Origin: Octopus bimaculoides
Taxonomy: Eukaryota
Assembly (NCBI RefSeq): GCF_001194135.2
Contig: NC_068998.1
Span: 19,237,296 to 19,301,295 of the forward strand
Length of the DNA: 64,000 nt
Reading direction: 5' to 3'
Both the position numbers and the translations under genes were made by a program. Shown piece by piece: positions 22,509 through 36,668 of the stretch. The notes under the pieces were generated by a model, which was given only the letters and a program-made list of their open reading frames with translations, made no database searches and was not told the DNA's origin. How positions within the stretch are numbered: position 1 is the stretch's first letter; the number at the start of each line of letters is the position of its first letter.

Positions 22509-23602
22509 GTAAGTATTCTGATAAATTCTTATGAATAGTTAATTATTTCATAGTAACTTCTTATGTCTTTTAACCCATTGCCTGTCCTGTGTATCATATG
22601 TCCTACACAGGACATGTTTCCCTGATGTCCATGCATTATATATGAGGAATCTTTTCTGTTTGGGCTTTTACTTTTTGAAATTTTAAAATTTAGTGAAAAG
22701 TTACAAATTTTGCAAACTTTAAAAGCTCTGGACTTATTCCTTGTAAGCCTGATGCTTATTCTATCAGTCTCTTCTGCCAAACAGCTAAGTTATGGGGACA
22801 CAAACACACCAACATCAGTTGTCCAACAATGGTGGTGGTGAGACAAACACACACGCATAAAAATATTATATATATATATATATATATATATNNNNNNNNN
22901 NNNNNNNNNNNNNNNNNNNNNNNNNNNNNNNNNNNNNNNNNNNNNNNNNNNNNNNNNNNNNNNNNNNNNNNNNNNNNNNNNNNNNNNNNNNNNNNNNNNN
23001 NNNNNNNNNNNNNNNNNNNNNNNNNNNNNNNNNNNNNNNNNNNNNNNNNNNNNNNNNNNNNNNNNNNNNNNNNNNNNNNNNNNNNNNNNNNNNNNNNNNN
23101 NNNNNNNNNNNNNNNNNNNNNNNNNNNNNNNNNNNNNNNNNNNNNNNNNNNNNNNNNNNNNNNNNNNNNNNNNNNNNNNNNNNNNNNNNNNNNNNNNNNN
23201 NNNNNNNNNNNNNNNNNNNNNNNNNNNNNNNNNNNNNNNNNNNNNNNNNNNNNNNNNNNNNNNNNNNNNNNNNNNNNNNNNNNNNNNNNNNNNNNNNNNN
23301 NNNNNNNNNNNNNNNNNNNNNNNNNNATGAAGAACTATGAAAGAAGGTGAATAAATACCGGGGTGAGAAGAAAGAAGAAAGAACTAAGAGTCAGTCATTC
23401 TAGAACTCCTAGAGTAAAAATGTACACATCTGAAAGTCTTTCCCTCTATTCATTACTAAATGTCTTTCCCTCTTCTTCATTGTTAAAAATAAAGAAGCTA
23501 GAAAAGATCAATCGTATTTCAGTCTGTCATTGTAAATGACTGAGGCTTTCCTTTCTCTGTCTCTATCACTTCACTCCTTTTCTCTACAGTTAAGAGAGTG
23601 AA

Positions 23603-23915
23603 GTTGCATGGCTCAGTGGTTAGGGGTATTTGGCCTACGATCATAAAGTCACGAGTATGATTCCCTGCAGCGCGCTGTGTTTTTGAGCAAGGTACTCTGC
23701 TTCACCTTGCTGCAGTCCACTCGGTAAAAATGAGTTGTAGCTGTAATTCAAAGGGGCCAGCCTTGTCACATTCTATGTGAGGTTGAATCTCCTTGAGAAC
23801 TACCTTATGGTATGCATGTCTGTGGAGTACTCAGCCACTTGCACGTTAATTTTATGAGCAGACTGTTTGGTGATCAGATAAACAGGAACCTCGTCATCGT
23901 AACTGATGGAGTGCC
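23603..23915 (+). mobile_element. tRNA-derived SINE, third family
   Basis: Head gcatggctcagtggttagg...gattccctg, core gtgtttttgagcaagg..., and a partial second copy at about 24240-24400. Minus-strand relatives at about 30440-30605, 32190-32440 and 56370-56590. Confidence 0.65.
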
Positions 23916-25171
23916 ATATTTTAAAACAAGTGAAAGAAAAGAAAAGGAAATGTTCCATATCGTAAGGCAAAAATGTTGTGAAAGCTGTGTCATGTATAAG
24001 CTGTGAAAGCTAAGATGAAATTATTACTATTCCATCGGGTATTCACCCTCAACTCACGCTCAGTTTGATAACAGCTTACGCATCAATGTTTATCTGGGGG
24101 TTTGGTCTCCAGATCTGTGAGACCCACAGATACTGCTGTTAGGACCAGATTAACACCCATAGTAACCCTAATGACTAAAAAGATTTTCCTGCTCCTACAT
24201 AGGATCTTCTTTCGTTTTCTTCCAACCACTTGAAGGTTTATCTTGCTCCAGTCCACTCAGCTGGCCAAAATGAATTGTAGTTTTAATTCAAAGGGGCCAG
24301 CCTTGTCATATTCTGTGTGAGGCTGAATCTCCCTGAGAACTACGGTAATGATATGCATGTCTGTGGCGTACTCAGCCACTTGCAAATTAATTTTATCCTC
24401 GTGTGGTAATGAAAAGTGAAAGTGACATCCAATATTTGCTGTGCCTGTGTATCAACTTTTCTTTGGATTTATGTATTTACTGTCTCTCTCACTTTCTCTC
24501 TTTCTCTTTCACTTCTTCTGTGTCCTTGCTCTCTCCCACTTTTAATTTAACAATGTGTGTATGTATCTATGTATCTACTTTTCTTGCAATGTGATAAATA
24601 TTTAAAAACACAAAACAAACGTCATCACCACTCACTGTCTCTTTCACTATCTCTCTTTCTCTCTCACTCTCTCTTTCTCTCTTATTTCCTCTCTGAAACA
24701 TTTAAAAGCACAATGAATGCCGTCACCACTCACTGTTTCCCTCACTTTCTCTCTTTCTCTTTTCCTCTCTGAAACATTTAAAACACAAAACAAACGCTAT
24801 CACCGCTCACTGTTTCTTTCACCCTCTCTTTCTGAGTTCAAATCTTGATGTGGTCCACTTTGACTTACATTTTTTCGGCACTCAATAAAATAAAGTACCA
24901 GTAAGTACTGATATTGATGTAATCAACAGCCGCCTCCCTTCAAATTTCTTGTTTTAAACTTAATTTAGAAATAATTATTATAGGACTATCAGTTAATCAA
25001 CCTTTTTCTTGCATCACAAAGATCCAAAGGGCCAATGTTTTATGCTAGTTACAAAAGATAAATTTACCCCTGGGTAGCCTGCTAGTTTATCACTATTAAC
25101 TTTTCTGTAAGAGCATAGAAAATATTGTCCTACAGTTTGTCTGATTAAACCTGATATTTTACTATTGATAG

Positions 25172-25331
25172 GTCATGTGGATGCTGGTAAAAGTACACTT
25201 ATGGGACACCTTTTGTATCAACTGGGAACAGTAAATAAAAGATTGATGCATAAGTTTGAACAGGAGTCTAAAAAGCTTGGAAAGGGATCATTTGCTTATG
25301 CCTGGGTCCTTGATGAAACTGAAGAAGAGAG
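25172..25331 (+). CDS. HBS1L: HBS1L exon with G1 P-loop ([19 protein letters not shown]...[14 protein letters not shown])
   Basis: ttgatag|gt acceptor and gagag|gtaagt donor. Carries GHVDAGKS and YAWVLD motifs of the eEF1A/eRF3/HBS1 family; 160 nt, phases 1/2. Confidence 0.97.
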
Positions 25332-25506
25332 GTAAGTAAATGCCTAAGGAATTCATCTTTTCTATCAATATTACATGAAGGCATGTGGCTTAGTGGTTAA
25401 GGCGCCAAGCTCATGATCATAAGGTTGTGAGTTTTGTCAATATGCGAAACAGCTCCTGTTATTGTCCTTTACATTTTACTTATTTCACTTGACCTTTACT
25501 CTCCAG

Positions 25507-25619
25507 GAATCGAGGTGTTACCATGGATGTTGCCCAGACAATGTTTGAGACTTCACACAAAACCGTCACACTGCTTGATGCTCCAGGGCATAAAGACTTT
25601 ATACCTAATATGATAACTG
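25507..25619 (+). CDS. HBS1L: HBS1L exon with G2/G3 ([15 protein letters not shown]...[17 protein letters not shown])
   Basis: ctccag|g acceptor and actg|gtaagt donor. RGVTMD (HBS1-type rather than eEF1A RGITI) and DAPGH; 113 nt. Confidence 0.97.
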
Positions 25620-26435
25620 GTAAGTATCAGCGCTACTAAATTTTCATCATCATTACTTTAATATATAATTTTCTATGCTGACATGGGTCAGATGGCGTTT
25701 ATTAAGGCATATTTTCTATGGCTGGATGCCCTTCTTGTTACCAACCTCACCTGTTTCCAAGCAAGGTAATATTTCTCTGTGACCAGACATGTTCTCACAG
25801 GATATTGGAAATGACTGATACTGCTTGTATGACAATGACACTCACAACTAGCATGCAATCTCAAGACAAGGGGATACAAAAATATGCACTCACAAACACA
25901 CTCACACACATACATACACACACACTATATATATATATATAATAATATTAGGGACAAAATCCAAAATTACGNNNNNNNNNNNNNNNNNNNNNNNNNNNNN
26001 NNNNNNNNNNNNNNNNNNNNNNNNNNNNNNNNNNNNNNNNNNNNNNNNNNNNNNNNNNNNNNNNNNNNNNNNNNNNNNNNNNNNNNNNNNNNNNNNNNNN
26101 NNNNNNNNNNNNNNNNNNNNNNNNNNNNNNNNNNNNNNNNNNNNNNNNNNNNNNNNNNNNNNNNNNNNNNNNNNNNNNNNNNNNNNNNNNNNNNNNNNNN
26201 NNNNNNNNNNNNNNNNNNNNNNNNNNNNNNNNNNNNNNNNNNNNNNNNNNNNNNNNNNNNNNNNNNNNNNNNNNNNNNNNNNNNNNNNNNNNNNNNNNNN
26301 NNNNNNNNNNNNNNNNNNNNNNNNNNNNNNNNNNNNNNNNNNNNNNNNNNNNNNNNNNNNNNNNNNNNNNNNNNNNNNNNNNNNNNNNNNNNNNNNNNNN
26401 NNNNNNNNNNNNNNNNNNNNNNNNNNNNNNNNNNA

Positions 26436-26476
<41 letters not shown>

Positions 26477-27112
26477 CAGCAGGCTTCTTTCAGTTTCCAT
26501 CTACCAAATCCACTCACAAGGCTTTGGTCAGCATGGGGCTATAGTAGAAGACACTTGCCCAAGGTGCCACACTGTAGGAGTGAACTACTGTTTCTTGGTT
26601 ATATTCCATCTAATTTATATGTATGCTTGAGTGGGTGACCTGCATGATTAATTCAAATCAATATGAATAAATAAATGTTACATTTAACAGAGAAGTCTGA
26701 ATGCTAAATTGTTAAGTCTTCAGGGTTCCCTGTTTCTCTCAATACAGTAGCAATATTGTTGTTTTAACGTATATCATATAGAATGGCAATGGTGATGATT
26801 GTTAAGACAATACAGTGTAAAACTAAATACTTTAGAGAATTTATCTTTGTTTATAGGTTCCATGTTCAAATTACATCTTAGTAAACATCACTCTCCATCA
26901 CCACACAGTTACTAAATAATGTGACTGTCAGAGCTATATATTCAGAATATGTTATTTTACATTTTACTTCATTATTTCCCTATTTCACACCTCACAGCAC
27001 TATTTATGGTGATGATAACGATATTTAGAAGTATATACTTTTTCTTGTAAAATTACACTTGTGTTTTATTTCCCAACATCACATACCCATGTGCACATAT
27101 ACTGACTTGCAC

Positions 27113-27159
<47 letters not shown>

Positions 27160-27208
27160 NNNNNNNNNNNNNNNNNNNNNNNNNNNNNNNNNNNNNNNNN
27201 NNNNNNNN

Positions 27209-27270
<62 letters not shown>

Positions 27271-27292
27271 CATGTTTCCATCTATTTATAAG

Positions 27293-27409
27293 GCACTGCC
27301 CAAGCTGATGCAGCTATTTTAGTGGTGAATGCCACTCGGGGAGAATTTGAAACTGGATTTCTTTCTGGTGGACAAACCAGGGAACATGCTTTGCTTGCTA
27401 GGTCTTTAG
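27293..27409 (+). CDS. HBS1L: HBS1L exon ([39 protein letters not shown])
   Basis: ttataag|gc acceptor and ttag|gtaagc donor. QAD and GQTREH motifs; 117 nt, phases 1/1. Confidence 0.97.
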
Positions 27410-29140
27410 GTAAGCCAGTCATTTCTTACTTTTTTGTAGCAGTTTTATACTTTTGTTGTGTTTCTTATGCATGAAATGGTTTTTTTTTTAGCAATTTGAT
27501 CATTTGTATATTGTTGGATTATTAAAGAAACTTCCTACAAGTAACAACTAAGCTGAAATATAAACAAAACTTACTTGCCAGTGAAGCAGCCTACATCAAG
27601 CAGGCATTCTGAGAGATCCTTATTCAAAGGAACAACATAATAACCATGTCTATACATAATGATTAAACACATTATCATGTTGTCTGTAATTCAGCAGCTT
27701 AATTTCACAGTAATTGTTTCACTTTTTATACCATAAGATTTACAAGGCCATTATGAACATGTATGCTGTTTTGTGCTACTCTTACATGGCCATGCCTTTA
27801 CAATCATCTCTTCTACCTACATTGACTAATACTTTGGAAATCCAGTAACTTTTCTCAGTTCAGTTCTTTTAAGCACTGTATAGCTCCTTCTCCAATTCAT
27901 GGGAAGGTTGTAAAATGGAATGCATAAGTGATGAGTATGACATTATAGACACATGACTGCAAATGACTTAAACTTTGGTATTAGTTGTAATAAGTTTAAT
28001 GACTAGAGGAAACCTACTGTATCAGTGGTAAGTGGACACAACTTTCTAAATACTGTGAGCCACAGGGCCAATACATTAAGGGGTGCCAGTGAACACTTCA
28101 TCTTCAGGTAATAAATCCTTGGACAAAATCTGTCACAGAGTGTAGCAAATTTGCAGAATTGTTAGAGCATCAGACAAAATGTTTGGTTTTTGTTCCATCT
28201 GCCATCTCTTTTACATTCTCACTGCAAACCTCACCCAATGTCAACTTTACCATTCATACTTCCAGGGTTGATAGAATTAAAGTACTTTGAATTTTGGAGT
28301 ATTCCAGTCATTCAGTCAACAGAATGGCCTACTCATTGCACTATATTGTATGTGGTCCAATATCCACTCACACACATTTACATACTTATAGCATTAACAT
28401 GAACTCTAGGCAGAACTAGTATGGCACCATGTGACAAAGCTAGCTCTTTGAATTATTGAAACAGTCCATCTAACAGGGCTTCCAAGTAGTTTCCATCCAC
28501 CAAGTTTTATTCACAAGGCTTGGGTCGTGATAGAAGATACTTATTTAAGGTGCCATGCAATGAGATCAAGCCCAAGATCTCAAGATTGCATTGCTCTGAT
28601 CTTAAAAATGATTTAACCTTATATGATGATGATCATCATCATCATTTAACGTCCATTTTCCATGCTGGCATGGGTTAGATGGTTTGACTGGGANNNNNNN
28701 NNNNNNNNNNNNNNNNNNNNNNNNNNNNNNNNNNNNNNNNNNNNNNNNNNNNNGATGATCATCATCATCATTTAACGTCCATTTTCCATGCTGGCATGGG
28801 TTAGATGGTTTGACTGGGACTGGTAGGCCAGAAAGCTGCACCAGGCTGCAATCGTCTGTTTTTGGCATGATTTCTATGGTTGGATGCCCTTTCTAATGCC
28901 AACCACTTTACAGAGCATACTGGGTGTTTTTTACATGTCACCGGCATGGGTGCTTTTACGTATCACCAGCATGAGTGCCTTTTATGTGTCACCGACACTG
29001 GCAATGACCACAGTTTACCAATATATCCAATTTACAACACTTTAATCTTTGGTACAATCATTAATCATTTTCTTAACTATTTGGCCACACACATGCACAC
29101 ATGTATATTTATGTACTTATGTTATTTATTCTTGTTGCAG

Positions 29141-29374
29141 GAATCTCTCAACTAATTGTGTGTGTAAATAAAATGGACACAGTTGACTGGTCAGAGGAAA
29201 GATATAATGAAATTGTGAAAAAATTGGGGACGTTTCTCAAACAAGCTGGATATCGTGACAAAGAAGTCAGTTTTGTACCATGCAGTGGTTTAGAAGGAGA
29301 AAACTTAATTAAACCAGTTTCTCAACCTGAACTGGCAGCCTGGTATAATGGCAATTGTCTGTTGGAGCAAATAG
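29141..29374 (+). CDS. HBS1L: HBS1L exon with G4/G5 (ISQLIVCVNKMD...FVPCSGLEGENL...CLLEQI-D)
   Basis: ttgttgcag|ga acceptor and atag|gtttgt donor. NKMD and SGL motifs; 234 nt, phases 1/1; lies within ORF 29101..29430. Confidence 0.97.
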
Positions 29375-29901
29375 GTTTGTTTATATTTCATCATCATTTA
29401 GCATCTGTTTTCCATGCTAGCTTGGGTTAAACAGTTTAACTGGAACTGGTAAGCTGAAGAGCTGCACCAAGCTCCAGTCTGTTTTGGCTTGGTTTCTATG
29501 GCTGGATGCCCTTCCTAATGCCAACCACTCCACAGTGTGTAGTGGGTGTCTTTTACATGTCACCAGCATGGGTACCCTTTGTGTGTCACCAGCGCGGGTA
29601 CCTTTTACATGTCACTGGCATAGATGCTTTTCACATGTCACCAGTGCTGGCTACAACTTGACATGTCTTCTCAAGCACAGCAAATCAAAAAAGTTCTCAG
29701 TCACTTTTCATTACCTCTGTGAGACTCAACAACCAAAGATCATACTTCATCACCTCATCCCAGTCTTTCTGGGATTACCTCTTCCACAGTTCCCCTCCAC
29801 AGTAAGAGATCAGCATTTCTTTACACAATAGAGTATTCCACTAATCCTTTCCCACCACTTAGTGGATTCAGTAAGAAGAAAACTATAAGTAATCATATTA
29901 A

Positions 29902-30122
29902 CCCTTTAGCATTCAGATTACTCTGTCAAATGTGATACTGCTTTATTCACATTGTTTTGAATTAATCATATATAATCTCCTAGCTTCTAGATTTTGAGGT
30001 TATGATTGTTGTTTATTTCTGGAATGACCCTGTAAGGTAGATGTCAGAGGCTGGATCTGTCCAAACATAAAACAGGTAGAATAATATTTGGGCCAGATAT
30101 GGCAAGTTTAAATGTTAAAGGG
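29902..30122. mobile_element. piggyBac-type MITE
   Basis: TTAA|ccctttagcattc ... aatgttaaaggg|TTAA. Confidence 0.85.
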
Positions 30123-31921
30123 TTAAAAGTACTCACTTGATGGAGACAGTTGAGTTTAATTCTCTCCCTCTTGATTCTAAGTTCATATCCCAGGGTTTGG
30201 GGAGCTGTTTCACATTCCATTCCTCAAGAGCTGATAACATAAGTACTAATAGTATCACTGTACCACTGTATCAACTGGCCTATCAAATGTTGTTATACCC
30301 TGCTGGTCACAATGTGCTTCTTTCTACACATTGTTATAGCTTTTGAATGATGCCTCTCCATTGGTTATGTGGGTAGGCCAACATTCCTCCTGAACAGAAT
30401 GCCTACTGCCTTGGCAGGCAGGCCAACATTTCCTCATAAAAAGAATGGCTGTCTGTCACAGGGTTACCCATTTACACTTAAGTGGACTGGAGCAACATGA
30501 AACAGAATTTTGCTCAAGAACACAAGACACTACTAGTCTTGCAATTGAAACCATGATCTCAAAATCTTGAATACAACACTCTAACCACTAGTCATGTGCC
30601 TTCACAGTGTAGTAACGATATACTGAGATTAATTTACTGTATACCTCTCTTATATAATTACCATAGGAAGCAACCAATTGCAATAAATGTTTCATAAGAT
30701 TTTAAGTTACTAAGGTATTGCTGAAGATTTTGTTTCATATTATAATGATTCAGTGAAGGACCCATTGTGGAGATGTAGCTTTTTGTTGGTTTCTCTGGGT
30801 TCTTAGTATGATCTTTGTGCTCAGCACTCAACAACATCATCACCATCAACATTTAACGTCCGTTTTCCATGCTGGCATGGGTTGGACAGCTTGACAGGAA
30901 CTGGCAAGGCCACGCGCCATACAAGGTTCCACAGTCTGTTTTGGCTTGGTTTTTACAGCTGGATGTCCTTCCTAACACCAACCACTTCACAGAGTGTAGT
31001 GGGTGCTTTTTATGCGGCACCAACATCAGCGCTTTTTATATGACACCAATATCAGTGCATTTTATGTGTCACCAGCACCAGTGTTTTTTTACGTGGCACC
31101 TTAGTTTTAGGATCTCAGTTCTGTTGTGGTGGGCGAGTCTTCTTGAGTACAGCAATGCACCACATACCTTGGTTCTCTATCATCTCCATAAGGCTCAGCA
31201 TTTTGAAACTGGCTTTCAATATGTCATCCCATGTCTTCCTAGGTATCCCTCTTCCACAACTTTGCTTCACTTTAAGTGATCAGCCTCTTCTTTATGCAGC
31301 TGTCCTCATACATCCACATCACATGAGCAAACCAGTGTAGTCTCCTCTCTTGCACATTGCATATAATTCCTCTTATGCCCAAATTCTCTATACACCACCT
31401 CAATAAAACTCTTCTCTGTTTCAGTGTACAACTACTTATTAAAGAGTTAACCTATCCTTTGGAATAAATATCTCATTACAGCTTCAGATGTTTACAACTG
31501 ATTATATACTGTGTACTGTATCATATTTACTGCATCTTATTCGGTCCAGTTGTATTAGAAGTCTCTTGATATATTAAAAAGATTAAGGATCATATTTCAT
31601 CATACAATTTCTTTAATTACTAACAGCTGTCAACCAACATTTCTAGAATTTATTTATTAAATAATCTAAAATAATCTACAGCCTGAAACTATCCTGTGCT
31701 TTATTCCTGATGACCGAGCAAATTTAGTCATAAATCTATTAAGATACTCACATTTACATTAGTCATCAGCATTATCATACACATAAAGTTATAAAACTGT
31801 TAAGCAAAGTATATATATAATGTTATGAGTATATATTTGTATCACAGTAAATACAAACCTGATTTACTTTGAAGGTAAAGTTTTAGCAAAAATAGATTTT
31901 AAGATCCATATCTATCTAGAC

Positions 31922-32175
31922 CAGTGGTTCTCAACCAAGGTTCAAATGGCCCTAAGAGGTCCATATAAGATTTTGTTCTTAAAATTTATCTCCAATAAAT
32001 TGGTTATATTTCTACGTGTAAAATATTTTAAAATTCATTTTTATGCAGTTCCCGATAATACTTAATTATAAAATTAAAACAAGATTTTTTAAAAATTTGA
32101 ATGACTAGTAGGGTCCACCCAAGTAAAATAGAAATCAGAAGGGTCCAAAGGTTAAAAAATGGTTGAGAAACACTG
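31922..32175. mobile_element. hAT (Charlie-like) MITE
   Basis: TIRs cagtggttctcaacc / ggttgagaaacactg. 8-bp flanks atctagac / atctggag (6/8 identical), fitting the NTCTAGAN preference. Confidence 0.8.
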
Positions 32176-32842
32176 ATCTGGAGAGCTATTGTCTCCAGTC
32201 CTTGGACTCATAGGGATGGTTTCCCAGTTTCCATGGCATAAAAGTAACCAAGATCACAACATTCTCCATGAACAGGACACCAGTCCATCACAGGGTACTC
32301 ATTTATAGCTCAGTAGACTGGAATAATATGAAATGAAGTGTTTTTTTTCAAGAAAACAAAGCACTACCTTGTCCAAGAACTGAAACCATAATCTTGAGGT
32401 TGTAAGTGCAACACTATAGCCACTAGGCCATGTGCTTTCACTAAAAATCCATTCAGAGATGACTTAACGCTTTTAATACTAACACATCTGAAACCACACC
32501 TGATTCTATGATGCAAGCTTCCTCTTTTAAAGTGGTCTAAATGAAAACTTGCCATCAAAGTTTTATATGTAATTCAAGTTCCAAAAATCAGCTTAATAAT
32601 GACAAAATTATTTTACTAACTTCAGAATTAACTGAAACAAAAGTCATGTTTCTCAACAGAAAAGTGGTAATCAAGAGAGATTAGTCATGCAAAATGCCTG
32701 CCCTTGTAATAGAAACCTAAACTATAAAGTATATTAAGATATATGGTGCTACAACTTGGTCTATTTAACCCTAAAATCAATAATTCACCTCTTAGTGGGG
32801 TGTTAAAATTGGGATCACACCCATTATGTTGATATATTCATA

Positions 32843-33106
32843 TACTCTTACGCTTTTACTTGTTTCAGTCATTTGACTGCAGCCATGCTGGAGCACCACC
32901 TTTAGTCGAGCAAATCGATCCCAAGACTTATTCTTTGTAAGCCTAGTACTTANNNNNNNNNNCCCAAGACTTATTCTTTGTAAGCCTAGTACTTATTCTA
33001 TCGGTCTCTTTTGCCGGACTGCTAAGTTATGGGGACGTAAACACACCAGCATCAATTGTCAAGCGATGTTGAGGGGACAAACACAGACACACAAACATAT
33101 ACGCTC

Positions 33107-33159
<53 letters not shown>

Positions 33160-33315
33160 ACGGGCTTCTTTCAGTTTCCATCTACCAAATCCACTCACAA
33201 GGCTTTGGTCGGCCTGAGGCTATAGAAGAAGACACTTGCCCAAGGTGCCACGCAGTGGGACTGAACCCGGAACCATGTGGTTGGTAAGCAAGCTACTTAC
33301 CACACAGCCACTCCT
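32843..33315 (-). mobile_element. Family-A SINE about 100 nt upstream of HBS1L exon 33417
   Basis: Reverse complement of the family-A consensus (cacacagccactcctg at the right end, ttttacttgtttcagtcatttgactg at the left), with an expanded (TA)n. Confidence 0.9.
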
Positions 33316-33416
33316 GATATGATGTATATATAAGATATGATATATTCTTGCTTTTCTGAAACAAAAACATTAATGGAGAAAATTAAATTTTAACTTTTTT
33401 TATTTTTAAATTTCAG

Positions 33417-33590
33417 ATGAGTTTTACAGTCTGGATCGTGCTATCGACAGTCCTTTTAGGTTGTGTATCTCAGATGTGTTTAAAGGCTTGGGCAGTGGAT
33501 TTTGTGTGTCTGGTAAAGTATGTACAGGTGGAGTCCAGAATGGTGATGTAGTATTACTCATGCCAAATGCTGAAAAAGCTACAGTCAAAG
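33417..33590 (+). CDS. HBS1L: HBS1L exon, domain II (EFYSLDRAIDSPFRLCISDVFKGLGSGFCVSGKV...ATVK-G)
   Basis: aatttcag|at acceptor and aaag|gtaagc donor. PFRLCISDVFK matches HBS1L 'PFRLCVSDVFK'; 174 nt. Confidence 0.96.
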
Positions 33591-34366
33591 GTAAGCATTT
33601 CTCTATCTGAACTCTCACTGCTAGTTTTGAAGGAATGATGTTCTTGATGAAGACATTGGATGTGTCTCAACAACTTAGTTTTGAGTTGTTGGAAACAGCA
33701 TGTCAAGAAGTTAGTGGGTAAGGAAGTTTGTGAATTCATTCGTTCCAAAGAAAATGTTCATAAGTAAAAACATAGCATCTAGTAGTCATCAAAGAATATA
33801 ATATATAGTATTTTATATAGTGTGTGTGTGTGTGTACACACAAATAATCACATAAATGCAAGACAAGTAGAAAAAATAGCTTTTGAATTTGCTATTTATT
33901 AAAGCCCCTCCAAAAAATCTTCACAAACTGTTACTCAATGTTTTACATTAGCATTCATTGGACAATTGTGATTATGCTATATATATATATTTTGCTTCAG
34001 CAACTCAGTGCTGAATATGTCTGAAATGTAAGAGAAAATGTGTTTCAAAATATTGATGTCCAGGTCACAAAAGCAAAGTTTGAAAGGAATAGTAATACTT
34101 TCCTTTGATTTCTAGATAGATGCAAATAGGAAATAACATTTACTGACCAAAGACAAAGCAATATATAAATTTTGTTATATGGTGTTATTACAATCTTTCC
34201 AAATTCTGCATTTGACTTGGAATTTTTGGTCCTCGAAAGTTATCTTAGTGTATAAGTCAACCTACTTCTTTTGGCTGTAAATTTTGATCTGAAAAATTTG
34301 ACTTGTATGCTGGAAAATATGGTATATCTTTTGTAAATGAGAGGTTTTCTAAATTCTATTTTCTAG

Positions 34367-34462
34367 GTATCACGCTGAATGATGAACCAAAGCAATGTGC
34401 CTTTGCAGGGGATCACATCATACTTACTCTAGTTGGTATTGATATGAATAATGTTTCAGTTG
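34367..34462 (+). CDS. HBS1L: HBS1L exon, domain II (ITLNDEPKQCAFAGDHIILTLVGIDMNNVSV-G)
   Basis: ttttctag|gt acceptor and gttg|gtgagt donor. AGDH motif; 96 nt. Confidence 0.96.
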
Positions 34463-35122
34463 GTGAGTGTCATTTGATTGTTCTCTTTGTATTCAGTCAT
34501 TCCTATCAAGCCTTTTATGGTATCGTAGTGGTAGAATTTGCTGAAACAGAGCTACTGTGGAAGAATTTCTACCATAGCTTGGACTTCTATGCTTATTTTA
34601 ATTTAGTTCAGTCTAACAAACAAAACATTCAGTAATTATGTAGTGCATATATAAGCTAAGAGTAATAATTAGTATCTGCCCATTATTTCTATTTTGGAGT
34701 TTGGGGATGTCTTGTGAGACCATGGAACTGCACCTTGAAAGTTCCTCCACAAGATGCAGTTGCTCATGCATGCAAGTCCTCTTTTTCTGCAGTACTAATG
34801 TCCAAAGCAAAGGCAAAGGCCAGTACAACTTGGTGCCAATTTATTATCATATGTTGTTGTCAGAATGCAAAGAGCCAGAACAGATGCCACAAGATATCTT
34901 GTCTGATGCTGTAACCCTTCCTCCAAAGCATCTCCATGGATCACTACTTTATTTCTTCTTAAATTCCTAACTGGCAACTAGAGGGGGAGACTGTCCTCAA
35001 CCAATATACTGCTGTAGGTGCCAGTGGATGATAACTATATATATATATTGTGTGTGTATGTATTATGTATGTATGTATGTGCATATGTATGTAGATGTAT
35101 GTATATATGTATGGTATGTACA

Positions 35123-35165
<43 letters not shown>

Positions 35166-35522
35166 AGATATATGTATATATATATGTAATGAATAAACAC
35201 TCCAATCAGTCAAAACAACTTTATATCATTCTCAAATTATCAAAAATCGAATATGAATTATAATAATGGGGCACCCAATGGTAAAACCCAATAGTATAAA
35301 ATATAAATATATGCACGAATAAAAGGTGATAAAACCTAAAATATGGTCTTTTTTTGAAGTCTGTGTTGTGTTGTGTTGACAAACATGCACTTAAAATTCC
35401 TGTTTTTAATCAAAACTTGTTAGTTACTAAGGTGACAACACTACCTATTTATCTGTATTTCAGACACACACACACAAACACACTCTCTTTTTCTCTCTCT
35501 CTCTCTTTTTCTCTCTCTCTCT

Positions 35523-35561
<39 letters not shown>

Positions 35562-36515
35562 TCTTACTCAACAGCTTTTCTCCTCCCCTTCCCTCTCTCT
35601 ACACATGTTATGAACAGACAGACAGAGATCAGCTTCTCTTTTATAATGAGATTCATAATTACTAATTAGAACAGCTCAAGAGACCCCATTAGGCTTTTCT
35701 GATGCTGAGAACATAACAACTTCTCTGGTGCTTTGATAAAATGCAACCAGTACCTTCTGTAAAGTGTATGGTGATAGGAAGAGTATCCAACCATAGAAAC
35801 CAACCCCAAAATGAAATATAACATTTATGAAGCAGTGGTTCCCAATATATACTGACTCAACCATGATGAACCATCCATCTCATATCAAAATAACATCTTT
35901 AGCCAAACAGTATAAAGACATGCAGAAATAGATGCTTAGCAAGTTCACACTTATAGACCCACACATGAGCATGCACACACACACACACACACACACATGG
36001 CAGGCTTCTGTATAGTTTTTGCCTATCAAAAAAATATCACTCATAAGGTCAGTGTTAGGGCAAAGTAGAAGATATTTGCTCAAAGTGTGACTCAGTTAAA
36101 CAGACTCCAAAAACCACATGGTTGCAAAACAAACCCAGTCATCCTGCTTCTAGAGTTTATGTATGATTATATTTACATTATTGTTATATTTGGAGATAGT
36201 TATATTTTTGTCAAATATGACCATTTTGAGAATGGACTAAACAGAGTAGGAGGAGACACATGACATGGAGAGTTGCTGAAGAGGTCACAGGATGTGTGGT
36301 GAAAGATTTCAGATGAAGGACACTAAAATATGAACAATAATAAAGCTGAAGTGAAGAACAAGTATGTATGTGTGGTTATTTGGCAAAAAAAAAAAAATTA
36401 CTATCACCCAAATATAACAATATCTGTTGCAACACACAATTTCACATATATTTACATTATTAATTTTTATCTCAAAGTATATATTTTAAAATAACATATT
36501 GTATTTGTTTCTCAG

Positions 36516-36619
36516 GTAACTTTCTCTGTGATGCCAGTAATCCTATGAAGTCAGCGACCAAAATCCGGGCCAAAGTTGTTGTGTTTAATATTGAAGTGCC
36601 AATTACTAGGGGTTATCCT
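36516..36619 (+). CDS. HBS1L: HBS1L exon, domain III start (NFLCDASNPMKSATKIRAKVVVFNIEVPITRGYP)
   Basis: tttctcag|gt acceptor and cct|gtaagt donor. FNIEVPITRGYP matches 'FNIEIPITKGFP'; 104 nt, phases 1/0. Confidence 0.95.
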
Positions 36620-36668
36620 GTAAGTACTCTTATAATCATCATCATCATCATCATCATCATTATTATTA

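Noticed and set aside
22829-23350. Long ORFs containing X runs (also about 25884-26630, 46314-46961, 48529-49423 and 58190-59418)
   Set aside because: They are artefacts of N gaps. Only the 59150-59475 RTE part of the 58293..59495 ORF is real coding-like sequence.
24598-24840. Three imperfect local repeats (tttaaaa..cacaaaacaaacg..caccactcactg)
   Set aside because: They are short slippage-type duplications in a (CT)-rich tract with no sign of function.
28626-28820. Direct repeat on both sides of an N gap (also 32910-32995)
   Set aside because: Identical sequence on both sides of a short gap is typical of unmerged overlapping contig ends, not a biological duplication.
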